Of a stretch of DNA of 64,000 bases, positions 1-8,444 are shown piece by piece. Location of the stretch: the NCBI GenBank assembly GCA_002305675.1, contig DBQA01000007.1:302653-366652 (forward strand), read 5' to 3'. This DNA comes from Patescibacteria group bacterium UBA1406 (lineage in GTDB: Bacteria; Patescibacteriota; Microgenomatia; UBA1406). The translations under genes were made by a program, and so were the position numbers. The notes beneath the pieces were generated by a model that had not been told where the DNA came from, did no database searches, and was given only the letters and a program-made list of their open reading frames with translations. Each line of letters opens with the position of its first letter. The stretch's first letter is position 1.

Positions 1-1
1 G

Positions 2-457
2 GAACTGGAAAAGAAAAACATGACCGACTCCATGGTCCTGACCCCCCATCTGGGCGAGTTCTTACGCTTGTTCCCGGCCTATGGGCCTTTCCTGACCAAG
101 AAAGAACCAGGGGAGGGTTTTTTCCGCTCCTTCCGGGAAAAAGGCACCTGGCTCCTGAAAAGGCAGGGGGTCGATTATGCCTTCCGGAGCGGGGGGAGGA
201 CAGTCTATAAAATCATCGGCGGCAATGCCGGCCTGACTAAAGGCGGCACGGGAGACCTCTTGGCCGCACTGGTCGCCGCGCTTTGTGCCAAGAACCCGCC
301 GCTCCTCTCGGCCGCGGCCGCCTCACTGGTGCTTAAGAAGACGGCGGAGACGATTTATGCTAAAAGAGGGCCTTTCTATACCACGACGGAGCTAATGGAG
401 CGGATCCCGGAAGTGTTCTGGCAGATGAGGGAGACAAAACTAGAAACCGAGGGTTAG
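2..457 (+). CDS. NAD(P)H-hydrate dehydratase / YjeF C-terminal kinase-like domain (5' end outside window)
   Basis: ORF is open to the window edge. LTPHxGEF and GGNAGLTKGGTGDLLAALVAAL motifs are typical of the YjeF_C carbohydrate-kinase family. Confidence 0.7.
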   Translation, partial: ELEKKNMTDSMVLTPHLGEFLRLFPAYGPFLTKKEPGEGFFRSFREKGTWLLKRQGVDYAFRSGGRTVYKIIGGNAGLTKGGTGDLLAALVAALCAKNPPLLSAAAASLVLKKTAETIYAKRGPFYTTTELMERIPEVFWQMRETKLETEG

Positions 458-1021
458 ATTGTGGTTCCCGCCGGTCCGCTTCTTGTCCACTATTTTTTTC
501 CATTCCACGCCGATCTTGATCTTTGACTTCGGGGAAGGAGCCAGGATATAGCCGTTTTTGGTCCCGAAATCCAGAAGGTCCCGGGTCAGCATGACGTCGT
601 CCTTGCAATAGGCCATCAGCTCGTCGATCTTTCCCTGGTTGTAGAGTTCTATGGCCTGCAGGCCGTGGCCGCTCTTGTTTTTGCCCAAGGTGGCCCGCAC
701 TAGGTCGTCCAGCGGGTAACGGCGGCCGGTCAGCGTTTTAATGTCCTCCAAGAGATCAAAGTGCTCGAACTTGAAAAGGTCGCCGACGTAATATTCGTTC
801 AGGACCACCAGATCAAAGCTATGGCTGTTATAGCCGATAAGAAGGGAGGCCTTCTCGAACAGGGAAAACAGGTTGTGGAGCTCTGTCTCCCGGAACGCGT
901 AGAGACGGTCGGTGCCGTAATCATATGCGGCCACGACGGATACGCCGAGCTTGCGGGTATCATTGCCCACCTCCCGGAATGAATGCTTGGTTTCCACGTC
1001 GAAGACGATCGGTGACGGCAT
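440..1021 (-). CDS. DEDD-type 3'-5' exonuclease, RNase H-like fold (YprB/PolB-exo-like)
   Basis: Ordered Exo motifs: FDVET (ExoI), GYNSHSFDLVVL (ExoII), YCKDDVMLTRDL (ExoIII). Confidence 0.55.
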   Translation of the reverse strand: MPSPIVFDVETKHSFREVGNDTRKLGVSVVAAYDYGTDRLYAFRETELHNLFSLFEKASLLIGYNSHSFDLVVLNEYYVGDLFKFEHFDLLEDIKTLTGRRYPLDDLVRATLGKNKSGHGLQAIELYNQGKIDELMAYCKDDVMLTRDLLDFGTKNGYILAPSPKSKIKIGVEWKKIVDKKRTGGNHNLTLGF

Positions 1022-1062
1022 AGACAGTTACTTTAACAAAAACCGAAGATTTTTCATAGTGT

Positions 1063-2445
1063 TCAGACCAGGTTAAGGACCGTAACCACTGAAAAGTACA
1101 GCAGGAAAAGGAAGGCGGCGAGGATGATGAGGGTTTTCAAGAGGTGGGGCTGCAGTTTTCTGGGGAGAAAGCGGCGGTTCAGGAACAGCATCAAGGGAAA
1201 GGCAACGGTCATGGCAAAGGCGTTGAGGACCGCGGCCATCGTTAAAAGAAGCCGAGGTTCTTTCAGGCCGAACGAGAGGACAATGATCCCGAACAGGATC
1301 TGGGCCCACAGTGCACCGTAGAAAGCCAGGGAGGCATTGACCTTCTGGCCGGTCCGGTGCCTGATCAGGAGCAGGTTCTCGCTGATTATCCGGGAGGCGC
1401 TCTCAAGAACAATGATCTGAGTGGAGTAAAGGGCGAGGGCTACCACCACCAGGAACAAGACGCCTGCACCCACTCCCAGGGCCTGGCCCACCACACTAGC
1501 CTCCTGGTAGAGAAAGTCCAGCCCTTGGACGCTACCTTGTCCGTATACCAGGGCCCTGGACAAAGTGGCCAAAAGGACAATGGTCAAGAAACCCAACAAC
1601 CAGAAAACGATCCCGTGCTCGAGATTGACAAGTCTCCACCACTCTTTCCAGCGGGACATATTCTGATCCGTCAAGCGGAAAGGATGGCCTTCCAAAGGGA
1701 CCAGTTTTTTGTCCTTGGCAAAAAGGGAGGTTATTTTGGGGGTAAATTTGCCCATGCCGAACCCTTTCTCTTTGATGTAGTAGCTTTGGGCAAAGTTCAG
1801 ATTGCCTCCGGCCCCGGAGTAAACAAACGCCCCCAGGAATGCGGCTACGGGAATAGTCTGGGGCAGGAACCACCAACCGTCTCCCCTGCCGGCCAGACCG
1901 GCCAAAAGCTCCAGCCAGTCCGACCCGCGGGTAAAGATGATCACCAGCCCCAGGAAAAACGGGACGCTGATGAGGATGACCGTCTTTTGCCAGCGCTCGA
2001 GAGTTTTGTAAACGGTCCGGCCAGCCGTCAGAAGGACTCCGGCTAACAGGAGGAGGAAGGCGGCTACGGACGTATGGATGTTCAGTCCCAAAAGACGGGA
2101 GATGATCTGTGAGGCGGCTGACGAAAAGCCGGGCAGCCCCCATGGGACAAGAGTGGAAATGACGAACCAGGCAGGCCACAGGCGGCTGAGGCGCCTGAAG
2201 CCCATAAAGACGCTCTCCCCCGAAAAAAGGGTGTAGCGCATGATCTCGGTGTTGAGGACGAACTGGAACGTTATTCCAAGCATCGCGCCCCAGATGATGC
2301 CCAGTCCCCAGTTAGCCACGAGGTACGGCCACATGATTATCTCGCCGCTGCCTAGGGCGAGTCCGAGAAGTATGAAGGACGGACCAAGAGTTTGGGAAAG
2401 TTTAGGCACAGCAGGCAGGTCTTGGTTGTTTTTTTCCGGCGGCAT
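1063..2445 (-). CDS. Nramp-like polytopic membrane transporter (putative divalent-metal transporter)
   Basis: 460 aa with about 11 hydrophobic helices. The N-terminal GPSFILLGLALGSGEIIMWP...FQFVLNTEIMRYTL resembles the Nramp/MntH TM1-3 region. Assignment is from motif memory only. Confidence 0.5.
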   Translation of the reverse strand: MPPEKNNQDLPAVPKLSQTLGPSFILLGLALGSGEIIMWPYLVANWGLGIIWGAMLGITFQFVLNTEIMRYTLFSGESVFMGFRRLSRLWPAWFVISTLVPWGLPGFSSAASQIISRLLGLNIHTSVAAFLLLLAGVLLTAGRTVYKTLERWQKTVILISVPFFLGLVIIFTRGSDWLELLAGLAGRGDGWWFLPQTIPVAAFLGAFVYSGAGGNLNFAQSYYIKEKGFGMGKFTPKITSLFAKDKKLVPLEGHPFRLTDQNMSRWKEWWRLVNLEHGIVFWLLGFLTIVLLATLSRALVYGQGSVQGLDFLYQEASVVGQALGVGAGVLFLVVVALALYSTQIIVLESASRIISENLLLIRHRTGQKVNASLAFYGALWAQILFGIIVLSFGLKEPRLLLTMAAVLNAFAMTVAFPLMLFLNRRFLPRKLQPHLLKTLIILAAFLFLLYFSVVTVLNLV

Positions 2446-2466
2446 TAAAAAGATTATATATAAAAA

Positions 2467-2760
2467 TCAAAAAAGGATGTCGAAGGAAGTATACGGTTTG
2501 CCGGGCGAAGCAGGCTGCGTAACAATATCGGTCACCTTGCCCGGGCCATTTCTCAACCCTTTGACAAATGCATGGACGCTGTCCGTTTCTCCCTGCACCT
2601 CTGCCTCCACCCCACCTTCCGGACCGAAGATCTCCGGCTTGTGATGGACGTTTCTGACGAACCCCCCCAAACCATATCTGTCGGCCAGGTTTTTGGTGAA
2701 CGCCCTGAATCCGACGCCGACGACCTGTCCCCTGATATAGAGATGCAGACATGAATCCAT
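2467..2760 (-). CDS. acyP: Acylphosphatase
   Basis: 97 aa. IRGQVVGVGFRAFT and GFVRN motifs match the acylphosphatase signature. Confidence 0.8.
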   Translation of the reverse strand: MDSCLHLYIRGQVVGVGFRAFTKNLADRYGLGGFVRNVHHKPEIFGPEGGVEAEVQGETDSVHAFVKGLRNGPGKVTDIVTQPASPGKPYTSFDILF

Positions 2761-2769
2761 ACCTATATT

Positions 2770-3912
2770 TTAGCTGATAAAGTATCCCTGCACAAAGAAC
2801 CCGAACAAGAGAGCCTGCAAAGCCATGAACATGGCGAGGAGAAAGGCTTTGAGAAGCCTATTCTTCAGGTTTCCCAGGAAAAAAAAGACGGACACGGAAA
2901 ACAGGGCATAGCGAGGCACCGATGAGAAGGTCCCGGTCAGGGTCGGCAGGAGGATATTGGCCAGGGAAAAGATAGCCACGGAGAGCAAAAAAAGATCCCG
3001 CCGCCGGTATTCCCTAATAAGCTCGAGGCAGACCATCAGAAAAACAAATGTGAAAAAGACGACCTCCAGGACGGAGACAAAATAAGTGAAGCCGAGATCA
3101 GCGGTCAAAAAGATCTTCAGGTAGCGGAAATAGGTCTGTGGGAGTAGCACAATGTGGGTGGAGCGGTTGGCGCCGAAAGCGGACTGGGCGTTGATAAAAA
3201 AGAGAGGGTCCCCCACGGTCAGGTAAAGGTATCCCATATATGAGAAAAGTCCTATCCAGGGTGCCAGGGCGAACAGGAACTCCTTTTTTTCGAATTTCTG
3301 GGGGCGCCGACGATAGCGCTCATAAACGGCCATGAACAGGGGGACGAACAGGAAAATGCCCACCAGCCGGGTCAAGGCCGTAAGCGCCGCGGACAGAGCC
3401 GCCGAAGGCAGGCGGTTTTTTTTCAGGTAATACAGAGAGGCGACCAGGAACAGGAAAAAGACGCTCTCCGTGTAGGCCACGTGAAAAAAGAAGGCCGTGG
3501 GGAACAATAAGACAAAGCCCAGAACCCACCAGCGGCGCTCCTTGAAACGTGTCAGCTCCAAGAGCTTCAGAAAAATCCACATTGCCAAAAGCAGGGCCAG
3601 GTTGGACAGGAATATGGCCGCCAGGATCGTGTTTCCCATAAATAGTGGCCGGACAAGTCTGACGAGGAGCGGGTAGAGTGGGAAAAATGCTTGTTCATAA
3701 TGGTAGTAACCGCGTTCGGCGATGAAGAGATAATGGATCCCGTCGAAGTTGGCCATCCGGTTCAGGAAGTCCGGCAGTTGGTAGTTGTCCAAAACCTCTT
3801 TATAAGGCATGAAGCCGAAATAAGGGATCAGACGGGTGGCAGCCAAGGCGGCCAGGAATATCAAGATCAGCTTCGCCAGCCAAAGGATGATGAGGGGGCG
3901 TTTCAGTTGCAT
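2770..3912 (-). CDS. GT-C type membrane glycosyl/mannosyltransferase (PIG-V-like)
   Basis: Polytopic membrane protein. FDGIHYLFIAERGY...EQAFFPLYPLLVR matches the PIG-V / mannosyltransferase signature region. Confidence 0.5.
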   Translation of the reverse strand: MQLKRPLIILWLAKLILIFLAALAATRLIPYFGFMPYKEVLDNYQLPDFLNRMANFDGIHYLFIAERGYYHYEQAFFPLYPLLVRLVRPLFMGNTILAAIFLSNLALLLAMWIFLKLLELTRFKERRWWVLGFVLLFPTAFFFHVAYTESVFFLFLVASLYYLKKNRLPSAALSAALTALTRLVGIFLFVPLFMAVYERYRRRPQKFEKKEFLFALAPWIGLFSYMGYLYLTVGDPLFFINAQSAFGANRSTHIVLLPQTYFRYLKIFLTADLGFTYFVSVLEVVFFTFVFLMVCLELIREYRRRDLFLLSVAIFSLANILLPTLTGTFSSVPRYALFSVSVFFFLGNLKNRLLKAFLLAMFMALQALLFGFFVQGYFIS

Positions 3913-3975
3913 ATCGTCAATATGTTATTGTAGCAAAGTGAAAGGCAAATTTGCTAAAATACTAGTTACTCCAAA

Positions 3976-4050
3976 GGGTCCATAGCTCAATGGTAGAGCA
4001 GCGGCCTCTTAAGCCGTTGGTTAGGGGTTCGAATCCCCTTGGACCCACCA
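3976..4050 (+). tRNA. tRNA-Lys (anticodon CTT), CCA encoded
   Basis: Hand-folded cloverleaf: acceptor GGGTCCA/TGGACCC, D arm GCTC-AATGGTA-GAGC, anticodon arm GCGGC-CTCTTAA-GCCGT, T arm AGGGG-TTCGAAT-CCCCT, then ACCA. Confidence 0.9.
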
Positions 4051-4053
4051 TAC

Positions 4054-4878
4054 ATGAATATCGGCGTCTTTGATTCGGGCTTGGGCGGTCTCGCGATCCT
4101 GAAGGAAATCATAGCCAGGCTCCCCGACTACAACTACCTTTATCTCGGCGACAATGCCCGTGTTCCCTATGGCAACCGCTCACCCAAGATTATCTACGAG
4201 TTTACCCGGGAGGCGGTAGAGTTCCTTTTGCATGAGGGGGCCACCTTGGTCATTCTGGCTTGCAACACGGCCACTACCAACGCTCTGCGGAAACTCCAGC
4301 GGGACTATCTGCCCAAGCGTTATCCGGACCGGCGGGTCCTGGGCGTGGTCAAGCCGGCGGTGGAAACAGTGGCAGAAGGCGGGTTTAGACGGGTGGGTGT
4401 CATCGGAACCCATGCCACGGTCAACTCAAGGGCCTTTGTCAGGGAGATCAAAAAGGTCTTGCCGGCCACGACAGTTTATCAGCGGGCCTGCCCCCTGCTC
4501 GTTCCTATTATTGAAGAAGGCCGGCTGGACTGGCGGGGATTGGACCTGGAGCTCGAGGAATGCCTCCGTCCCCTCCTGTCCAAACGAATTGATTCGCTCA
4601 TCCTTGGCTGTACGCACTACGGGTTGATAGAAGAAAAAATAAAGGCATGGGTCGGGCCGGGTGTGACGGTCGTCTCCGAAGGGCCGGCCGTGGCGGAAAA
4701 ACTGGACAGTTATCTCGAGAAGCACCCTGAGATCAAAAAAGGCCTGAAGAAGGGGCGGCAGAGAAGGTTCTACGTCACCGACCGGACCCGCCAGTACGAA
4801 AAGCTGACCCGGCTGTTCCTCGGTCCACACTTCCAGTTTGGGGACAAGCTGGAGCTCGTGGATATAGCGGGACGGTAG
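4054..4878 (+). CDS. murI: Glutamate racemase
   Basis: MNIGVFDSGLGGL N-terminus, plus LACNTAT and GCTHY catalytic-Cys motifs. The track start 4039 (TTG) lies inside the tRNA, so ATG 4054 is preferred. Confidence 0.85.
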   Translation: MNIGVFDSGLGGLAILKEIIARLPDYNYLYLGDNARVPYGNRSPKIIYEFTREAVEFLLHEGATLVILACNTATTNALRKLQRDYLPKRYPDRRVLGVVKPAVETVAEGGFRRVGVIGTHATVNSRAFVREIKKVLPATTVYQRACPLLVPIIEEGRLDWRGLDLELEECLRPLLSKRIDSLILGCTHYGLIEEKIKAWVGPGVTVVSEGPAVAEKLDSYLEKHPEIKKGLKKGRQRRFYVTDRTRQYEKLTRLFLGPHFQFGDKLELVDIAGR

Positions 4879-4879
4879 C

Positions 4880-5137
4880 TTACTCCTTTTTTCTTAGAAG
4901 AGGGAAGAGATACATCACCAGGCCGCTCAACATCATCACGATAAGCGCCAAGGCAAAGTAGATGCTGAATTGGCTGTGCAGGAAACGGACAGTCAAAAGG
5001 TCGACTTTCAGGGACAAGGCCAGGTTCGGGTACTTGAGCATAAGTCCGGTCCAAACCATTATCAGGGTCAGAATCACGATGATGGGTATCAATGCTCTGT
5101 GCAAGCGCTTGGCCAGAACAAAGTAACGGCTCGGCAT
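4880..5137 (-). CDS. Small two-helix membrane protein, unknown function
   Basis: 85 aa with two clear hydrophobic segments. It fills the gap convergent to murI. Confidence 0.35.
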   Translation of the reverse strand: MPSRYFVLAKRLHRALIPIIVILTLIMVWTGLMLKYPNLALSLKVDLLTVRFLHSQFSIYFALALIVMMLSGLVMYLFPLLRKKE

Positions 5138-5256
5138 GCACTTATTTTACCACCTTTTCAGGCTATGCCGCCCCTGAACAGGAGGTAAAAACTGTGAAGG
5201 AGGCTGTTTTCGTAGAGTTGTTTGATGAAGCCGGTCAGTTTTCTGGTCATGATTTA

Positions 5257-7095
5257 TCACCTCCTGTCTGTGAGAAGATTAACAGCCTTTTTCAAAACAG
5301 AGGTAAATAAAGGGTAAATATTAAGTAAGAGAAGAAGTATAGCCAGCACGATAATAGCCACCCATACAGAGGGAGGAGAAGCAGCCTCTTTGTAGGTCGG
5401 GCGGCTGTTTCCTGGGGCAACATGTGCAGCCAGGATGTTCCCCTTCCGGCTCATGTGGCCGGTCCGGTCTGTTGCCTGGATGATAGGGTTCGGCCGGTCA
5501 GTCTCACCAGGCAGGGACAAGGAGGTTTCCATAGCGGGGGTTTCGTTCTTTAGTTGGCCGGCCGGTATGTTTTCCGGGGGGGAAGCGGCTACCGTCAGGG
5601 ACAGATAGCTTTGGTTGTTACCCTGCTCGAACTCGATGTCAGTGGTACGGATCGATGCCAAGTAGCCGAAGCTTATCTGCCCACTACCCTGTGCCGGGGC
5701 CATATCTTCAAAGATCAGCCTACCGAACTCGCCCGGCCCGATGGTTCCCAACAGCCAGACTGTTTCCGTCCCGGTGGATAGATTGACGAGCTTGAGGGCG
5801 GTATTCCTGGCCGGAGCACGGCCGGTATTCCGGTAATGGATCCCGAGCATTATGGGACCGGCGGGACTGTAGGTATGAGTGGTGGAGGTGAGCCAAACAC
5901 TGAGGTCCGGACGGGGAAAGATGATGTTTCCCAAAAGTTTGTCAAAGATGTTGATCTGCGAGAAGTACCAATTGTGTCCGGAGATGTTGGTATTGATGAT
6001 GTTGACGATATTGGCGGTGATGCCGATGCTGCCGGTATTGACGGAGGTTCCGCTTCCCGCGGCCGAATTGTGGCCGCTGACCGCCTGGATGTTGACATTG
6101 TTTTCCACGACCGCCTTGTTCTCTGATGTTATCTGCTGACTGGCTGACGACTGTCCTGTTTCGGGTAACCTGATCCAGGCGAACAGCGACCCGCCACTGG
6201 TCATATAATTTCCCCACCAACCGATCAGTTGGCCGTCCCATTGGCCCAGATTCCGTATCTCCAGGAGCAACCAGTTGCTGCCGCTGATATTGGTGTTGAC
6301 GGTGTTGATGATATTGACGACGATGTCGATCTGGCCTGTCCGGATGGCGGCGCCGTCTGCAGTGGTGTTGTCGCCGCTGACGGCATTGACATTAACCAGG
6401 TCCTGTATTTGGGCCTCGTTGCCTTGTCCCACGCCGAAATCCAGCGGGCCGGCCGGCCGGGTTGCCCCAGTCAGGTCAAGATACATCAGGTCATAAGGCA
6501 AAATGATATCCCCTTCCACCGCCTCAAACAGGTTGAGGATCCCAAAGTACCAATTGTTTCCCGACAGGCTCAGGTTCACCAGGTTGACAACGTTTATTTC
6601 CGCTTCCGCGTTACCGGTGGCAATTCCTGACCCCTGCCCGTCAGCGACGTTCTCTCCGGTGACGGCCGTGATGTCGACATTATTGATCACCTCGGCAATA
6701 TTGCTCGCAGTGAACGACCCGGTGAGCTGGCCGCTCTCCGAGGCTGTCCCTTCGGAACCGGGATCCAGGCTGACATCCTTGTTTCCGCCGGCTGTTTCAT
6801 TCAGGACCAGTAACTGGGTGTTCTCGCCGGTCACATTGATGTTAACAGAGTTCTCAACCGTGACCGAGGCGGAGGCAGTGGCAGTGCCTATTTCGGTCCC
6901 CTCTCCCAAGGCTGAGTTCTGGCCGGTAATGGCATCCAGGGAGGCGTCGGTAGTGACCGAGGCGGAGTTCTCATTACTGATCTCGGCACTTGCGCTTGCC
7001 TGGGTCTCTTCCTGGGCAAAAGCGGACACAGGCTTTATCAATAAATAAAATACAGCCGCCGCGATCAATAAATAATTTAAAAAAAATGTCCGCAT
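5257..7095 (-). CDS. Secreted repeat protein P1 (signal peptide, Asn/Gly/Thr-rich repeats, CARDB-like domain, C-terminal TM anchor)
   Basis: N-terminal signal peptide ending VSAFAQEE. Repeated units of the form N-V-x-A-V-SG-x-N-x-A-x-G-x-G-x-x-I-x-TG...N-I-I-N-T-N-ISG-x-NW. C-terminal hydrophobic helix VWVAIIVLAILLLLL. Confidence 0.6.
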   Translation of the reverse strand: MRTFFLNYLLIAAAVFYLLIKPVSAFAQEETQASASAEISNENSASVTTDASLDAITGQNSALGEGTEIGTATASASVTVENSVNINVTGENTQLLVLNETAGGNKDVSLDPGSEGTASESGQLTGSFTASNIAEVINNVDITAVTGENVADGQGSGIATGNAEAEINVVNLVNLSLSGNNWYFGILNLFEAVEGDIILPYDLMYLDLTGATRPAGPLDFGVGQGNEAQIQDLVNVNAVSGDNTTADGAAIRTGQIDIVVNIINTVNTNISGSNWLLLEIRNLGQWDGQLIGWWGNYMTSGGSLFAWIRLPETGQSSASQQITSENKAVVENNVNIQAVSGHNSAAGSGTSVNTGSIGITANIVNIINTNISGHNWYFSQINIFDKLLGNIIFPRPDLSVWLTSTTHTYSPAGPIMLGIHYRNTGRAPARNTALKLVNLSTGTETVWLLGTIGPGEFGRLIFEDMAPAQGSGQISFGYLASIRTTDIEFEQGNNQSYLSLTVAASPPENIPAGQLKNETPAMETSLSLPGETDRPNPIIQATDRTGHMSRKGNILAAHVAPGNSRPTYKEAASPPSVWVAIIVLAILLLLLNIYPLFTSVLKKAVNLLTDRR

Positions 7096-7108
7096 TGTGT
7101 TTATCTAT

Positions 7109-7150
7109 AAAAAGGGAGCTTCCGCCCCCCCTTACGGGAGGGGCGGAAAA
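7109..7150 (-). terminator. Intrinsic terminator between P2 and P1
   Basis: Minus-strand RNA CUUUUCCGCCCCUCCC-GUAA-GGGGGGGCGGAAG followed by a U-run. The single mismatch is a G-U pair only on the minus strand. Confidence 0.6.
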
Positions 7151-7161
7151 GTCAGCCTTTG

Positions 7162-8406
7162 TTAGCTTAACCAACCTAAAAACAGGAGGTCTAGAAGACC
7201 GCCCAGAAGCGTGACATTCTGGTTACTAACGCTGTTAAGGCTTGCTCCTGTAAAAGAGAGACCGCTATGAACACTTGCTCCACCGATGTTGTCGTGAGCA
7301 AAGTTCCAACCGCTGTTATCTCTCGCCCACAGCCTCTGCCAGTCAAACAGGGTGTTGGAGTTGAGAGCATTAACATTGGTATGGGTCGTCGTGTTGGCAT
7401 GTGTTTCCAGCCAGTCTCCTGTATTGACTATGTCCAGGAGATTCAGGGACAGGGGGAAGACACCGTGTCCTCCGATCACTGTCTTGTTGGAATTGGCCAA
7501 CACGTCAAGGTCTGCTCCAACGACCGCATTACCGGTCCGGATCGAAGCGCCACCAATATTGTCATCCGCAAAGTTCCAACCGGTGTTGGCCTTCGCATTA
7601 ACGTTCTGCCAGATGCTGGCAAAATTGTTGTTGAAGACGTTCAGGTTGGTTAACCTTGTGGCATGGGCAAAGATGCTGGCATTGTCTCCGGTGTTGAGAA
7701 TGCTGGCGTTGTTGACAAGACCAAAAGCCCCGCCGGTGTAGCCGCCGATATATGTCTGGTTCTTATTGACCTTGGTGTCAAAATCGGCCAGAACAGTGGC
7801 GTTACCTGTTTGGATGGAGGCTCCACCGATGTTGTCATCGGCAGTGTTGTGTCCCGTATTGGCATTGCAGCCCGAATGGTGGCTACCGTTGACCTGGAAA
7901 AGCCCGGTCACCGGCAACATAGACCCGCCACCGCCACAACTTTGATTGACTTGGGCAAAGTTGTCGTTGTAAACACCAATGTTCGTCTGTGACGTGGTAT
8001 TGGTATGTACGGTAGCGTTGTCGCCGGTATTGACGATGTCGGTTGTGTTACTGGTAGCCAAGCCGCTAGGCAGGCTGATTGCCGTCGTGTTGCTGTTTGC
8101 GACCGTTGACAAGGAAGCATCAACGACTGCTGCGCCGGTGTTGATCGTCGCAGCTGTCCCGCCGAGGGAAATATTCCCGTCCGCGGAATTATGGCCTGTA
8201 TTGGCAGTCGCATTCACCTCTTGATTGACAAATGCCGTGTTCGTGTTTTGAACGTTGATGTTGGTAGTTTCGGTTGCCGAACTACTCACAAAGGCATTGT
8301 CGCCGCTGTTAATGACGCTTGTGTCATTCACTTCGGCGCGGGCAGCGCCGGGAATAGCGGCCGCAAGCATAAAGAGAGCCACGAATAGAAGTAAGTACTT
8401 TCTCAT
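7162..8406 (-). CDS. Secreted repeat protein P2 (paralog of P3; four ~95-aa super-repeats)
   Basis: Signal peptide ending GAARAE. Four repeats contain NTGDN...ANTG(H/W)N-x-AD-x-NI-GG-x-(A/S)-I-x-TGNA-x-V...ANSN-x-T. GGAGG RBS upstream. Confidence 0.65.
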   Translation of the reverse strand: MRKYLLLFVALFMLAAAIPGAARAEVNDTSVINSGDNAFVSSSATETTNINVQNTNTAFVNQEVNATANTGHNSADGNISLGGTAATINTGAAVVDASLSTVANSNTTAISLPSGLATSNTTDIVNTGDNATVHTNTTSQTNIGVYNDNFAQVNQSCGGGGSMLPVTGLFQVNGSHHSGCNANTGHNTADDNIGGASIQTGNATVLADFDTKVNKNQTYIGGYTGGAFGLVNNASILNTGDNASIFAHATRLTNLNVFNNNFASIWQNVNAKANTGWNFADDNIGGASIRTGNAVVGADLDVLANSNKTVIGGHGVFPLSLNLLDIVNTGDWLETHANTTTHTNVNALNSNTLFDWQRLWARDNSGWNFAHDNIGGASVHSGLSFTGASLNSVSNQNVTLLGGLLDLLFLGWLS

Positions 8407-8444
8407 ATCGTATCACCTCCTCTCTCCCGAGAACTTTGTAACTG

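Noticed and set aside
1124-2179. Internal ORFs (1357-2046 +, 1532-2179 -, and others) within the Nramp-like gene.
   Set aside because: They are shadow frames of a 460-aa polytopic membrane protein, with hydrophilic Arg/Pro/Gly-rich translations typical of off-frame GC-rich DNA.
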